Sequence record: NC_016571.1
Length of the DNA stretch: 64,000 bases
Reading direction: 5' to 3' (one strand)
Shown: positions 38,302 through 48,889 of the stretch, in pieces
Layout of the letters: every line of letters begins with the position of its first letter
Position numbering within the stretch: position 1 is the stretch's first letter
Made by a program: the position numbers and the translations under genes
The notes under the pieces: model-generated
What the model was told of the DNA's origin: nothing
Seen by the model: only the letters and a program-made list of their open reading frames with translations
The model's database searches: none

Positions 38302-39891
38302 ATGTTTTCAGTTAAGATTCCTTCATTTGAAACTTACAAGACAGGATTGCGTCCAGCTGTTTTAACATCATTGGGACAGATACTGAAGTATTGTGATATC
38401 GATTTAAATCACAAAATCTTTTTCAATAATGAAGCTGAAGTCTCTAAGTTATTAGGTGGAGAGTATAATGGGAGACGAGGGGATGATGTTGCTACGGATG
38501 TTGGTTTTGATAACAAGATCTTCGTAGAGCTGGAAAGAGAGTTAGCCGGATATAACGATGAGTTGGATGGGAACACCACTGACGATACCGTTCCTCCTGT
38601 TTGGAGAGATCCTATCACAGGCTCCACTATTACTCCTAAGTACAGTACCCGTCGTTTCAACGTGACAGTTAACAAGTATTTCAAAGATCGTGTTAGTGCT
38701 GAGCGGTTCTATACCAACATTCGTTCTAAGACATTGGGTATCCATCAGAACAGTGAGTTCTCAACAGAGACACACTACCCGATTACTTATCCGATGATGC
38801 AGTGTTACAAAGAGATCTTCGACAGACTCATTGTTGCTAAACAGTTGCCTGATGATAAAGACTTTATTGACTGGATGATGGAATGTTCTACAGTACCTTC
38901 TGGTATCTTGAGAAACCTCATCGGTAATAACCCGGTCTTTGTCTTTAAACAGTGTATCGATGAAATCGGTATCAATATGGAAAACCCGAACATGGCTCAG
39001 GTCAATCAGGGTAGCTATATTGGTAAGTACGAGGTGAGTTTCCGTTATTGGTTCTTCTGGTCTGAACATACCGAATGGATTAACCGTTATCCGTTACAGG
39101 TATATCAACAGCCAATGCCTGAAGAGTATATTCCTGACGTGTTTGAAAAGAACATGGAAGATTATGCTACTCGTCGCTTCTTCGAATCAGCAGCTTCTGC
39201 TGTGGTGTTCGATTACAAGAAGAACAAAGATCCGTTCTATATCGTTCTCCCTAAACAAGACAACTGGAGACCAGCCCCGGAATACTGGATTAGTCCCCAG
39301 CTTCAAGTCGTTGTTAACATGGAAGACGTTGACCAGCAGGTGCTTCTGAATATCAAGGAAATCCAAGGTTTCGATTGGAACCCTAAAGTTCTTGGTTATA
39401 TCATGAAGTACCATGATAAGGTTACGAACAGACACGCTAACCCGATGCAGTTCAAAGTGTATTCCGATGATATCCAGGTATTGGAGTCCCAGATTAAGTT
39501 ATTTGATAACGGTGATTTGATCCTGACTCGTAAACCCCGGATGAGTAACATCTACCGAATCACTTTTAACTTCGACTACGCCCTCCGCCTTTACAGCGAA
39601 GAGTGTATTAAGGATTTCCTGAACGACCCGGAATGGGCTGAATGGATCATCGGTAATCTATTCCCGCAATGGCCTTGGAATCCAGGATTCGGTCAAGGTG
39701 GCGAGAATGATTGGTGGGATATCCATAATGGAATTGAAGTCGGGGATGGCGAAGAGATTCATCCATACTTCCCTTACGGTATGTTGTACAGTCTTATTAT
39801 AGCACACCGTGAAGGACAGTCCCACGATCAATTTGAAAACCTCATGAATAAAGGTAACATCGATGGCACAGACTATTATCGGCAGTACTAA
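38302..39891 (+). CDS. Virion structural protein (phiKZ gp98-like)
   Basis: 529 aa; recalled gene order; no diagnostic motif. Confidence 0.5.
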   Translation: MFSVKIPSFETYKTGLRPAVLTSLGQILKYCDIDLNHKIFFNNEAEVSKLLGGEYNGRRGDDVATDVGFDNKIFVELERELAGYNDELDGNTTDDTVPPVWRDPITGSTITPKYSTRRFNVTVNKYFKDRVSAERFYTNIRSKTLGIHQNSEFSTETHYPITYPMMQCYKEIFDRLIVAKQLPDDKDFIDWMMECSTVPSGILRNLIGNNPVFVFKQCIDEIGINMENPNMAQVNQGSYIGKYEVSFRYWFFWSEHTEWINRYPLQVYQQPMPEEYIPDVFEKNMEDYATRRFFESAASAVVFDYKKNKDPFYIVLPKQDNWRPAPEYWISPQLQVVVNMEDVDQQVLLNIKEIQGFDWNPKVLGYIMKYHDKVTNRHANPMQFKVYSDDIQVLESQIKLFDNGDLILTRKPRMSNIYRITFNFDYALRLYSEECIKDFLNDPEWAEWIIGNLFPQWPWNPGFGQGGENDWWDIHNGIEVGDGEEIHPYFPYGMLYSLIIAHREGQSHDQFENLMNKGNIDGTDYYRQY

Positions 39892-41161
39892 GCCCCCGGT
39901 TAAAGAAGAAGTTGCTTTACCGAAGGAGTACCGCCATACGTTAGTTGAGTCACGATATATTCCTCATACAAGTATGTTGTCCCACGTCCCTGGTACCCCA
40001 ACCAGGGTTTGGTGGTATCGCGGTTCTTATGGTCGTGATGAAGAACAGCATCAGTTTGAGCCAGAGTCTATCGAGACTTATGCTTCATATAAAGTGATCA
40101 AAGACCTTATCGTTAAAATCGATAATGGAAATGGTAACTTTAACTTCATTCAACAGAGTGGTCAGTCAGATCACCGTTTGTCTGGTTATGTCTTATTTGA
40201 TCTGACGCCTAACAAAGGCGACTTGTTCATTAAAGACGTAGGGGATGGTCGTGCTGGGCTATATGCTTTAGTTGAGCAACCTGAAATCAGAACCATCTAT
40301 GCTGATAAGTGTTACTACTTTGAAGCGGAACTCCAAGCATTTATGACCGATGCAGTTCAGGCCAATCTGGACTCTAAGGTTATTGAAGTACTTCACTATT
40401 CTAAAGACTCAGCAGTAGCTGGCGGTAATGCGGTACTTACCGAGAATGACTACAGTCTGAACAAACGTCTTTACGATATGCAGATTGCCATCATCGATGA
40501 CATCATGGCTAACCACTACTTCTGGGATGAAGATACGATCTGTATTCCTAATACGGAAGGTGATTGGTTGTACGATCCATATCTGGCGAAGTTCTTAAGC
40601 TACGTGTTCCCTACTAAGTTGGTCGGTGCTCGTAAGAAGATCACAACCCTGAGCGTTCAATATTACGTTGACGACAGGAAGATGCAAGATCCTATTACTG
40701 TGTGGGATATGTTCTATCGGAATGACTTCAGTAACCCAGCCCGATACAAACAGGACTACTACGTCCACCCTCGCAATAACCTGATCAACACCCGTTTCTA
40801 TGGTAACGTATTCTTCTCTAAATTTGACAGAGCAATCGTTATCCACAAAGAGAGTGCTCCACGTAACCCATACCTTTATAGCGGTGCATTAGTGCCGTCA
40901 CCAGTACCCAATCCACCCCGTCCCCCATCAGAGGGAACGAAGTGGGATTATTTCTTCGGAGATGATTTCTACAATGGTGGTGGTACTGATACTCAGAAGT
41001 TTATTTGGAAGATGTTCAAAGAGAAGACTATTGACAAAGCAGAGCTGATGAAAGTTCTGGAAGGTTATTGGTCTCTTGATGATGTCTCTAAACTTTACAT
41101 GAGTGGTATCTACGTTGGGGCTATTAAGACTGCGCTGGTAACTAACAGCCAATACACTTAA
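39863..41161 (+). CDS. Virion structural protein (phiKZ gp99-like; possible neck/head completion)
   Basis: DLTPNKGDLFIKDVGDGRAGLY beta-barrel-like segment; context. Confidence 0.5.
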   Translation: MAQTIIGSTKPPVKEEVALPKEYRHTLVESRYIPHTSMLSHVPGTPTRVWWYRGSYGRDEEQHQFEPESIETYASYKVIKDLIVKIDNGNGNFNFIQQSGQSDHRLSGYVLFDLTPNKGDLFIKDVGDGRAGLYALVEQPEIRTIYADKCYYFEAELQAFMTDAVQANLDSKVIEVLHYSKDSAVAGGNAVLTENDYSLNKRLYDMQIAIIDDIMANHYFWDEDTICIPNTEGDWLYDPYLAKFLSYVFPTKLVGARKKITTLSVQYYVDDRKMQDPITVWDMFYRNDFSNPARYKQDYYVHPRNNLINTRFYGNVFFSKFDRAIVIHKESAPRNPYLYSGALVPSPVPNPPRPPSEGTKWDYFFGDDFYNGGGTDTQKFIWKMFKEKTIDKAELMKVLEGYWSLDDVSKLYMSGIYVGAIKTALVTNSQYT

Positions 41162-41169
41162 GGCCAAGT

Positions 41170-41808
41170 ATGCAAACTGAACGTTATATCCATCTTCGTA
41201 AAGAACTGGTTAGACTGTACAAGGTTCTTACTGAACAAACCTATACGGTCATTATCCCGTTATCTTCATTCCTCACTCTGAAGCAACTCGAATATGCAAA
41301 GGAACGTCCACCGATCGCAGGATTTGAATCGTTGGAAATCCCGGTAGAACGTCCATTCACCATTGCTCGTTTACTCACTGCTGTTGACGTTATGGGGGAC
41401 GAGCTGGAGATTGGATTCCGATTCCCGCGTAAAGACATCCCTGAAGTCTACACCAATATCCAGGATTGGATTCGCTACTGGATAGAGATTAAACGAGATG
41501 CTGGGTACTTGAGGACCCCAAGCATTGATGAACTTGCATTAATGGAACGTCTGGCTAAATACGTATTCTCGGCGTACGCCCATTATCACCATGAGAAAAT
41601 CAATAAAACTCTGAACGTTAACACGCAAAGCGAGATGACTTTACTTGATATTCTTAAAGGCAAGATGATGTTCGGTTCTGATATAGATGAACCGATCTCA
41701 TTCATTTCTTATGTGGATGAGTGGCGTTCTTCGACTGGGTATTCAGCTCAGATGGAAGAGTCAAGGAGTTACAACGCGAGTATGTCTGGATTTGGCGGGG
41801 GTATGTAA
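41170..41808 (+). CDS. Conserved-type hypothetical protein
   Basis: 212 aa in the structural operon. Confidence 0.7.
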   Translation: MQTERYIHLRKELVRLYKVLTEQTYTVIIPLSSFLTLKQLEYAKERPPIAGFESLEIPVERPFTIARLLTAVDVMGDELEIGFRFPRKDIPEVYTNIQDWIRYWIEIKRDAGYLRTPSIDELALMERLAKYVFSAYAHYHHEKINKTLNVNTQSEMTLLDILKGKMMFGSDIDEPISFISYVDEWRSSTGYSAQMEESRSYNASMSGFGGGM

Positions 41809-43148
41809 TGCTCGGTAATCAGATTCAGGCATTTCTTAAACAAGCCACACTAACAGCTAAGATTACGAATAACCCTGCTGAGACAATGACCATCCAAGTC
41901 ATCATAATCACGCCTACGAACCAATATACGGCGTTAGGATGTGAAAGGATGGTAGAGATGGCTGACTTTGTTACAGGGACGTCAGAGACCGTACAGATTC
42001 GTGTGCGTCTACAACCATCAGTCTACTTCGACAAGATCGTTCCATATCGTGATGATATCAAGATTCAAGTCGTAATGGATTCAGGTACTGACAGGTTTGT
42101 AAGGGAGTACACCGGGGTTCCTCTTGTCGACAGGGACGTTCGTTCAGAGAGCAACAACACTGCTGCTACTAACTTGGAAGCACTGGATACCACTAACCTG
42201 GTAGCTTATGAATTCCAGTTAATAGATCCTGGGTATGCCGTTATTCGTAATAAGCCTGTATCGAACATCTATCAGATGGCAAACATCGAGAACGTGCTCG
42301 GTACAGTAATGGAAGAAGAAACTAAGAAGTTAGGATTGACCGGTTATAGTGCATATAAGGGAATGTACATGCACCGCCCTGTAGATAACACCAAAAACTA
42401 TCCGCAGATCATCTTACCTTCCGGTACCCGTCTTAAGGACGTCCCACGGTATCTCCAGAATCATAACGAGTATGGGGTTTACTCTAAAGGGTGTGGTTGC
42501 TTCTATAAGCAGAACTACTGGTGGATTTATCCGTTGTTCAATACCAACCTTTCAGATACCCATCCTCGACCTATCGATATTCTCAGAGTACCAGAGAACA
42601 AGATACCTGATTTGGACCATACGTTTTATCGTTCTGATATCTCCATGACAATCATAGCTTGTGGTAAAGGCGATCATAAAGATAGAGCCGATATCCGTAA
42701 GCAGAATGATGGTGTTGGGCAACGTGTTGTTATGGGTGATTCAATAGCCGGTGATACTGGCTACCACTATAACAATGGACGTGCTATTACCACTCGTGCT
42801 GACTCCATGCAAGAGTATAAACTATCAGACAGACGTAATGGTGAGGAATGGACGCCAATCGATCTGAACCCTACTGGTAACGTTTGCGCACCTATGTCAA
42901 CTAACGCCTTCAACGAAGGTGAGATAATTGAAGTGGAGTGGCGTAACGGAGATGTGGGTTATTTGGAACCAGGACACCCTGTACGCTATCAGTACATGCA
43001 AGATGAGGATACCATGTCACTTAGACGTGGCGTGCTCTTAGGGTACCGTACAGACTTTATTCCGATCACTACCTATGCAACACCGATGTTAAAACGCACA
43101 ACTATATTGAAGTTGTTCTTAAAACGTCAAGAAAAGTATAAAGCGTAA
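41721..43148 (+). CDS. Putative baseplate hub protein (phiKZ gp101-like; probable start near 41807)
   Basis: Hub-like organisation with terminal YLEPGHPVRY...RGVLLG barrel; context. Confidence 0.5.
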   Translation: MAFFDWVFSSDGRVKELQREYVWIWRGYVMLGNQIQAFLKQATLTAKITNNPAETMTIQVIIITPTNQYTALGCERMVEMADFVTGTSETVQIRVRLQPSVYFDKIVPYRDDIKIQVVMDSGTDRFVREYTGVPLVDRDVRSESNNTAATNLEALDTTNLVAYEFQLIDPGYAVIRNKPVSNIYQMANIENVLGTVMEEETKKLGLTGYSAYKGMYMHRPVDNTKNYPQIILPSGTRLKDVPRYLQNHNEYGVYSKGCGCFYKQNYWWIYPLFNTNLSDTHPRPIDILRVPENKIPDLDHTFYRSDISMTIIACGKGDHKDRADIRKQNDGVGQRVVMGDSIAGDTGYHYNNGRAITTRADSMQEYKLSDRRNGEEWTPIDLNPTGNVCAPMSTNAFNEGEIIEVEWRNGDVGYLEPGHPVRYQYMQDEDTMSLRRGVLLGYRTDFIPITTYATPMLKRTTILKLFLKRQEKYKA

Positions 43149-43164
43149 AACAAATACATAACTA

Positions 43165-43194
43165 CTAGAACAGGACCGCGAGGTCCTGTTCTAG
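43165..43194. terminator. Bidirectional hairpin (GCGA loop)
   Basis: CTAGAACAGGACC-GCGA-GGTCCTGTTCTAG between convergent genes; ACATA on the left flank. Confidence 0.85.
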
Positions 43195-43204
43195 CATTTG
43201 CTTG

Positions 43205-44749
43205 TTATGCTTCCATATCGTCGAAGTCTGAACCGCCACCCATTGCTTCACTACGGTGTGATAGTGATTTACGGAAAATCTTTTTCTCGAAGTTTACATC
43301 GTGGACTAAGCCATTATGAGGATCAAGAGGATAAATACCAAAACGGTTGCTTTCCATTGCTCCTTCACCACGCATCTTACCGACGTAGTAAGTAAAGAAG
43401 TTTTCGTTGTTCTGCATCTTAGCAACGTGGAAACCAATAACACAGTCTACTTCGTTCGTTAACTTAGTTGAACCTTCAGTCATTGACTTACCGCCAACAT
43501 CACGGATGAAGTATGCTTCTGAATCGTCGTCCTGTTCACGAATGAACTTCTTAGCTTCTGGGTTAAGCTGATGCGGTGTGAGCAGAGCTGCACCACGAGA
43601 GGTAAAGAAGTTACGAGCACGGTTATACAAGTTCTGAAGTTTATCAGAACGAGATTCACCTTGACAACCAGACAAGTCAGCCATAGCCAAGTAGTCATAA
43701 GCTGCAACGATGATTTCGTGACCTTTCAGTTCCAGTGTGCGAATACGCTGCATGATTTCGTGAATGTTATCATGAGACGGGTTAACACGATAGAACTTAA
43801 ATGCCCAACCGGACTCTTCAAACGTTTCGATGATCGTAGTCACAACTTCGTTAGTCGTAGCTTTAAAGAAGTCTGGCTTAGTACCAGTCTTAGCAGTAAC
43901 GAACAGTTCATACATACGCTTAAAGATCAGACCTAAGCTATCCTCAGCTGACATCAATACAACAGTTGGAATCTTCGTCTTATTACGGAGAATCGGTTTG
44001 TTGTATAAAGGAACTGATGCGATGAGGTGAGCAAGACCAAATGACTTACCACGGTTAGTCAGAGCTTCGATCATGTACATCAAACCACGACGGATACCGC
44101 AGTCAGGATACAGAGCTTCGTTAAGACCAGCCAAACCAGTTTTAATAATACCTTCTGGAGAGATCTCAACTTTAAGCTGATCGATTACACTTGCAATACC
44201 TTCTGGGTTATCAGAACCCGTAGCTTCAACCACAGCTTTATCGAAGGTATTCTCATTCATGTCGTTAATCTTCTCAGAGATCAACTCACCCATTTTAATC
44301 CAATCATCTTTACTAAGGTCTTGTTCACCTTCAAAGAGGATTGGTCTAACCATACTGCGAAACTCTGCCGAGAATTTCCCACGAGTATCGACATCACGCA
44401 GTTCTTTAATAATTTGGAAGATAAGATGACGGGCATCTTCAGTCGCATAACCATCTACGAATGCTTCTCCCAGAACTTTCTCTAACTCAGGAGAAAGAAG
44501 GATAATCTCTGCAACCTTACTGGACAGCAATGATGTTATGATATTGGAGTCTTCGGGCTGCTCACGTATCCAGCCGAGTAGTTTACGAAGATACGCTTCT
44601 GTTTTCTTGTCTTGTTGAACCAAGCTCTCTTTGCTCTTAGGAACATCACCTGCGAGTAAGATGATTTCATCCATGAGGTCTACGTCTTTTAAACGCCATG
44701 CTTGATACATCGCAGTAGCTAATTTGACGAGACGAATCAGGTTGTTCAT
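43205..44749 (-). CDS. dnaB: DnaB-like replicative helicase (phiKZ gp118-like)
   Basis: KTGLAGLNEAL; Walker A EALTNRGKS; SAED; Walker B AYDYL; HQLN; GKMRG. Confidence 0.9.
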   Translation of the reverse strand: MNNLIRLVKLATAMYQAWRLKDVDLMDEIILLAGDVPKSKESLVQQDKKTEAYLRKLLGWIREQPEDSNIITSLLSSKVAEIILLSPELEKVLGEAFVDGYATEDARHLIFQIIKELRDVDTRGKFSAEFRSMVRPILFEGEQDLSKDDWIKMGELISEKINDMNENTFDKAVVEATGSDNPEGIASVIDQLKVEISPEGIIKTGLAGLNEALYPDCGIRRGLMYMIEALTNRGKSFGLAHLIASVPLYNKPILRNKTKIPTVVLMSAEDSLGLIFKRMYELFVTAKTGTKPDFFKATTNEVVTTIIETFEESGWAFKFYRVNPSHDNIHEIMQRIRTLELKGHEIIVAAYDYLAMADLSGCQGESRSDKLQNLYNRARNFFTSRGAALLTPHQLNPEAKKFIREQDDDSEAYFIRDVGGKSMTEGSTKLTNEVDCVIGFHVAKMQNNENFFTYYVGKMRGEGAMESNRFGIYPLDPHNGLVHDVNFEKKIFRKSLSHRSEAMGGGSDFDDMEA

Positions 44750-44787
44750 TTATTGCTCCTAGTAAAAATCTTTTAAAGGTAATTAGT

Positions 44788-45339
44788 ATGATTTTAAGAC
44801 TTGGTGAAAATGTTGTAGATGTACTGTTCCTTAACGAACAACACCTCCACATGTTGAATTCTTTAAATATTGAACTGAAGGATTTGCCTTATCTACCTAA
44901 GTTCAATGAAGTGTCCGATCAAGATTGTCTTGATTGGCTGGGCTTCCAGCGCGCTGTCGAGAAACAATACTGTGGTTTCAAGACTACAACTTATGATTAC
45001 GCCAGTGATATTACAGTTGGTAAAATTAATCGTGAAGGCGTAGTTTATAAAACAAAATATGATGAAGTACTAAATGCAGACCGTAGTGTTAATTTAGGTT
45101 CGCACTTTGCTTATCATTTGTTCAACGGTAAACTCTTTATCTTGAGCTCCAGTAATACTGTGAATAGTAAAATGTTCACAACCGTGCAGGGGAATCTGGC
45201 CAGTTCTCTTTACCAGGCTTTACTGAACTCCTTCAGCACTTTTGAAACTTACGGCCGTGAGAGTAAAAATCTCAAGGAATCGGTAAGCCAAAGAAAGTAT
45301 ATTGATCTCGGTTTTGTGCTTTCTAAGTTAGTTAATTAA
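44788..45339 (+). CDS. Hypothetical protein upstream of the capsid gene
   Basis: 183 aa; AAAGGT SD. Confidence 0.7.
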   Translation: MILRLGENVVDVLFLNEQHLHMLNSLNIELKDLPYLPKFNEVSDQDCLDWLGFQRAVEKQYCGFKTTTYDYASDITVGKINREGVVYKTKYDEVLNADRSVNLGSHFAYHLFNGKLFILSSSNTVNSKMFTTVQGNLASSLYQALLNSFSTFETYGRESKNLKESVSQRKYIDLGFVLSKLVN

Positions 45340-45460
45340 ATAGGTGTAGAGTTACTGTTGATGCGTGTTACAGATACTTATCTATCTTATGCGTAAAAAT
45401 ATTAACTACTGCGAACAAATGCATTTGTTTTCAAAAAGACTTCTTTAAAGGTAATTTATA

Positions 45461-47620
45461 ATGGAACAAAATAACGAATTCCGTTTTGGTATCTCCAAAT
45501 CTGGCGTAGACCTGAAAGCACTGATGACTGGCGTTGTTAGCAACCAGCAGTCCGACGGTACCCTGCGTGGTCTGGTTGGCGCTGAGTCAATGACCGATGG
45601 CCTGAAAGCTATCGAGAAAGGCATGGGCTTCAACCAGAAGAACGCTATCTCTTCTCTGATCGCTGACAGCGGTAAGTTCAACAGCCGCGCTGAAGCACTG
45701 AAAGCAGTTGTAGCTCACGGTGGTATGGAATCATTCTCCATGCAGCTGGATGCTGGTAACGTTGCTCGTCAGAAAGCTGCTACCATTGAACTGAACGCCC
45801 GTTCTAACCGTCAGTGGGATGCTGCTGAAGCTCTGTACCCAACTCTGATCATTCCTTACGATCAAGAAGCTCTGGTACTGCCAATCGATATCGCTGGTGT
45901 TGGTGCTTATAACGCATCTGGTAACGCTAACGAAGCTTTCGAAGATCTGCGTCCAATCGCTTCCGTTCTGGCTGACAGCAAATTCAACGCTGGCGACGAT
46001 CTGAAACTGGTTCCAGTATTGCCTGCTAACCCAACCGACGCTAACGCTGCGATGTTCGTACCGTCTGCTGACTGGGCTCCATGGGATACTACCTATGACG
46101 CAAACGACCTGCTGGGTCGTGAAGCTCATAAAACCAACTTCCTGGCGATCCGCAAGATCAACAACCTGCTGTCCCTGTGCCGTGCTCCAGGCGCGACTGC
46201 ATTTGAGCAGAACGATGAGATCGAAGCATCTTCTATCAAACTGAACCGCATCCTGCTGAAACTGAAAACCAAAGATGGTGAAGGTTTCGTTACTCTGGAC
46301 ACAGCTTCTATGGCTGGTGTTGCAGCCCGTCCGTCTACCGGTACTACTGCTGACGAAAAACGTCAGATCAACTTCGTACTGAACGGCCTGAACGTTGCAA
46401 ACCTGAAAGACAAAGACGGCAAAGCTACCGAGCTGTTCAAGTCTCTGACTGACGCTGGTCTGAAAGTATTCCTGTCTATGGAACTGAGCGCGACTTATCA
46501 TCGTTCTACCCGTAGCTGGTCTCCAACCGTATCTCCAGTTGCAGTTGCATACGTAATCAACAAAGACGGCGACCGTCTGGTAGTTGGTCACAGCAACATG
46601 CCTGCTGATATCGCAACTCTGATCACCGATCAAGCAGTTGAAGCTTCTATCCACGGTGTGGATCTGAAGATGAACCACGCGAACACCAACCGTAGCCGTT
46701 ACGGTACTACTGTTGTTTACGCTAACACCACCAAGTCCTACAACATCCAGCGCCGTCAGCCAATCAGCGTTAAGTACCCAATGCTGAATGATGACAACAA
46801 CGCTGACGTACTGGCAATGCTGGTACAGCAGATGGACATCATGGTTACCCGTAACATGTCTCACGACGCATTCAAAGCTGCTAACCAGCACTTCGCTTAC
46901 GTTTACGACAACAACGGTATGAAGATCGTTAACATCAATGACGACTCTTCTTCTGTACTGCCAGGTCAGCACTTCCTGGGTACCGTGGGCATCGAGTCCG
47001 AGATCGACCTGATCACTGAAGTTTCCACCCTGGATTCTAAAGACACTCTGGCGAACATCGAAGCTGCTCTGGTGAACAAGGTATACGACATCATCACTGG
47101 TCTGCGTGTACGTTCTAACATCTCCGCTCTGAAAGAGCTGGATGGTCGTGAAGAAGCTTACACCATCATCGCTCACGCATCCCTGGCTCCGTTCCTGATG
47201 CGTACTGGTGACTACCGTACCTTCGGTACCAATGTTAAGTTCAAAGTACTCGAAACTAACATCGATTCCGAAGTTGGTCGTATGTGGGTCATTCCTGAGT
47301 CTCAGACTAAGAATGGCGTAGTTGATATCTTCGGCGGCATGGGTATCTGTGTAGCTAAAGAACTGCTGGTAATCGAAGGTTCTGTAAACCAGAGCGATCG
47401 TCAATACCGCATGATCATCACTCAGCCTGCATACCAGCACCACAGCCTGTGCCCAGTAGCTGGCCGTCTGACCATCAAAGACATCGATAAACTGATGGGC
47501 GACGAAGGTCTGATCGCGCTGGTCAACAAACACCTGGTTACCGTTAACGGTAAACTGGAAGGCGCTGCTGGCGGTACCGGTAAAGAAATCGAAGTTGAAA
47601 TCCCAGGCACCAACGGCTAA
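45461..47620 (+). CDS. Major capsid protein (phiKZ gp120-like)
   Basis: 719 aa; extreme codon bias; propeptide with GAES and GMES sites; AAEALYPTLII motif; follows dnaB as in phiKZ-like phages; strong terminator. Confidence 0.85.
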   Translation: MEQNNEFRFGISKSGVDLKALMTGVVSNQQSDGTLRGLVGAESMTDGLKAIEKGMGFNQKNAISSLIADSGKFNSRAEALKAVVAHGGMESFSMQLDAGNVARQKAATIELNARSNRQWDAAEALYPTLIIPYDQEALVLPIDIAGVGAYNASGNANEAFEDLRPIASVLADSKFNAGDDLKLVPVLPANPTDANAAMFVPSADWAPWDTTYDANDLLGREAHKTNFLAIRKINNLLSLCRAPGATAFEQNDEIEASSIKLNRILLKLKTKDGEGFVTLDTASMAGVAARPSTGTTADEKRQINFVLNGLNVANLKDKDGKATELFKSLTDAGLKVFLSMELSATYHRSTRSWSPTVSPVAVAYVINKDGDRLVVGHSNMPADIATLITDQAVEASIHGVDLKMNHANTNRSRYGTTVVYANTTKSYNIQRRQPISVKYPMLNDDNNADVLAMLVQQMDIMVTRNMSHDAFKAANQHFAYVYDNNGMKIVNINDDSSSVLPGQHFLGTVGIESEIDLITEVSTLDSKDTLANIEAALVNKVYDIITGLRVRSNISALKELDGREEAYTIIAHASLAPFLMRTGDYRTFGTNVKFKVLETNIDSEVGRMWVIPESQTKNGVVDIFGGMGICVAKELLVIEGSVNQSDRQYRMIITQPAYQHHSLCPVAGRLTIKDIDKLMGDEGLIALVNKHLVTVNGKLEGAAGGTGKEIEVEIPGTNG

Positions 47621-47659
47621 GCCATTGAACCTGTGAACAACAAATAAGTTACGCACTTT

Positions 47660-47700
47660 CCTCCTACCTCACCTTCGGGTGGGGTAGGGGGTTTTTGTTG
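47660..47700 (+). terminator. Intrinsic terminator after the MCP gene
   Basis: CCTCCTACCTCACC-TTCG-GGTGGGGTAGGGGG-TTTTTGTTG. Confidence 0.9.
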
Positions 47701-47733
47701 TCTATTAAAAGATGCGGCTAAAAAAGTTTAAGC

Positions 47734-47755
47734 AGATATTATCCTTATGTAAACG
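47734..47755 (+). promoter_or_regulatory. Putative early promoter, ATATTA-N6-TGTA
   Basis: CAG-ATATTA-TCCTTA-TGTA upstream of the operon containing nvRNAP beta-N. Confidence 0.5.
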
Positions 47756-47758
47756 TAT

Positions 47759-48874
47759 GTGTGTTTACAATCACAAGAGGAAATAGATGTGGGAAACGTG
47801 TCCGGTGACAACTGGCATCACGGTATCCATACTCCGGTTGTAGAAGGAATTGAATATTTCAACTATTCTGATTTCGATGTGACTATCACTGACAAGTTAG
47901 GAATAGAAATTGAGATACTTAGGTCAGAACACCGACCTGAACGTCTGGAAGATCGCGGCAAGGTAATTGCTCGTGTAACCAGATTAGCAGATCCACGCCG
48001 AGTTAACATACCGACGGTTGATGCACGTCTCGCTGTTGATCGTGAATACCTTATGCAGTTTAAGCGTAGCCTTGATCATCAGAAGACACGCATTGGTGAG
48101 TACGTACCTGAAACTACCCAGATGCGTTTAGCCATGCAAGCTGAATTACGGTTTGACTTCTACACCCCTACAACGATTGCAAAATCGAACCTCTTAGGTA
48201 TCACAGTCCGTGCCTCTTCTAACCGAGAAGCACAACAGTCTCCTGATACTCCTCTGGGATATATTCAGAGTGTTATCGGGGACGAGTTACGTGATGTAGA
48301 TGTAGAATGTGACAATGGGGTAGATAAGGGTATCCGTACTCTGTTCTCTGCCAGACTAATAGATAATACTAATCGTGTAGGTCCATTGTGGACTAGTGGA
48401 TTTGGTTCCACCTCTCGAGTAGTCCCAGTTAAAGATGAGGAGCAAATAGAAGGGCTATACTTAGCCGGTGGATTAGGATTAAAACATCAAGAGTTTATAC
48501 CAATCGATGATCTCATGGATCAAAAGAAACTAGTCTCGTTAAATCTACATCGAACGGAGCTAGATGCCAAACGTCATAGCACAGGAGAGTTCACAACCTC
48601 GGTTATTACTGAGAGAGATAAATTACGCAAAGAAAATAAAGATCTTAAGAATGACAATGGGAAGCTAACAGGAAAAGTAGAATCCCTGGAAAACAAACTA
48701 GAGATCGAAAAAGTAAATAAAGCCCATAGTGATTTTAAACAGACACGCACTATGGAGTATATAAAAGAAAACAACGTTAGCAATGTTTTAGGCGGCTTTA
48801 CCCGACTGTTCAGTACGGTAATGACCAACTTCAAAACGCTGATAGGTTTCTTGTCTGTTATTAAAGCAATGTAA
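47759..48874 (+). CDS. Hypothetical protein with C-terminal coiled coil and amphipathic tail (probable start GTG near 47789)
   Basis: GAGGA SD before GTG; heptad-like RDKLRKENKDLKNDNGKL. Confidence 0.7.
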   Translation: MCLQSQEEIDVGNVSGDNWHHGIHTPVVEGIEYFNYSDFDVTITDKLGIEIEILRSEHRPERLEDRGKVIARVTRLADPRRVNIPTVDARLAVDREYLMQFKRSLDHQKTRIGEYVPETTQMRLAMQAELRFDFYTPTTIAKSNLLGITVRASSNREAQQSPDTPLGYIQSVIGDELRDVDVECDNGVDKGIRTLFSARLIDNTNRVGPLWTSGFGSTSRVVPVKDEEQIEGLYLAGGLGLKHQEFIPIDDLMDQKKLVSLNLHRTELDAKRHSTGEFTTSVITERDKLRKENKDLKNDNGKLTGKVESLENKLEIEKVNKAHSDFKQTRTMEYIKENNVSNVLGGFTRLFSTVMTNFKTLIGFLSVIKAM

Positions 48875-48889
48875 GTTTAGGAGAGATAG

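Noticed and set aside
37306-47620. Similar EIE(V/I) C-terminal endings in MCP and the 37306 protein
   Set aside because: Only about four residues after flexible linkers; cannot be distinguished from chance.
45731-47656. 641-aa antisense ORF within the major capsid gene
   Set aside because: It is in codon register with MCP (offset 270 nt). Antisense stops need sense TTA/CTA/TCA codons, which this highly biased gene avoids. It has no SD and no protein-like motifs.
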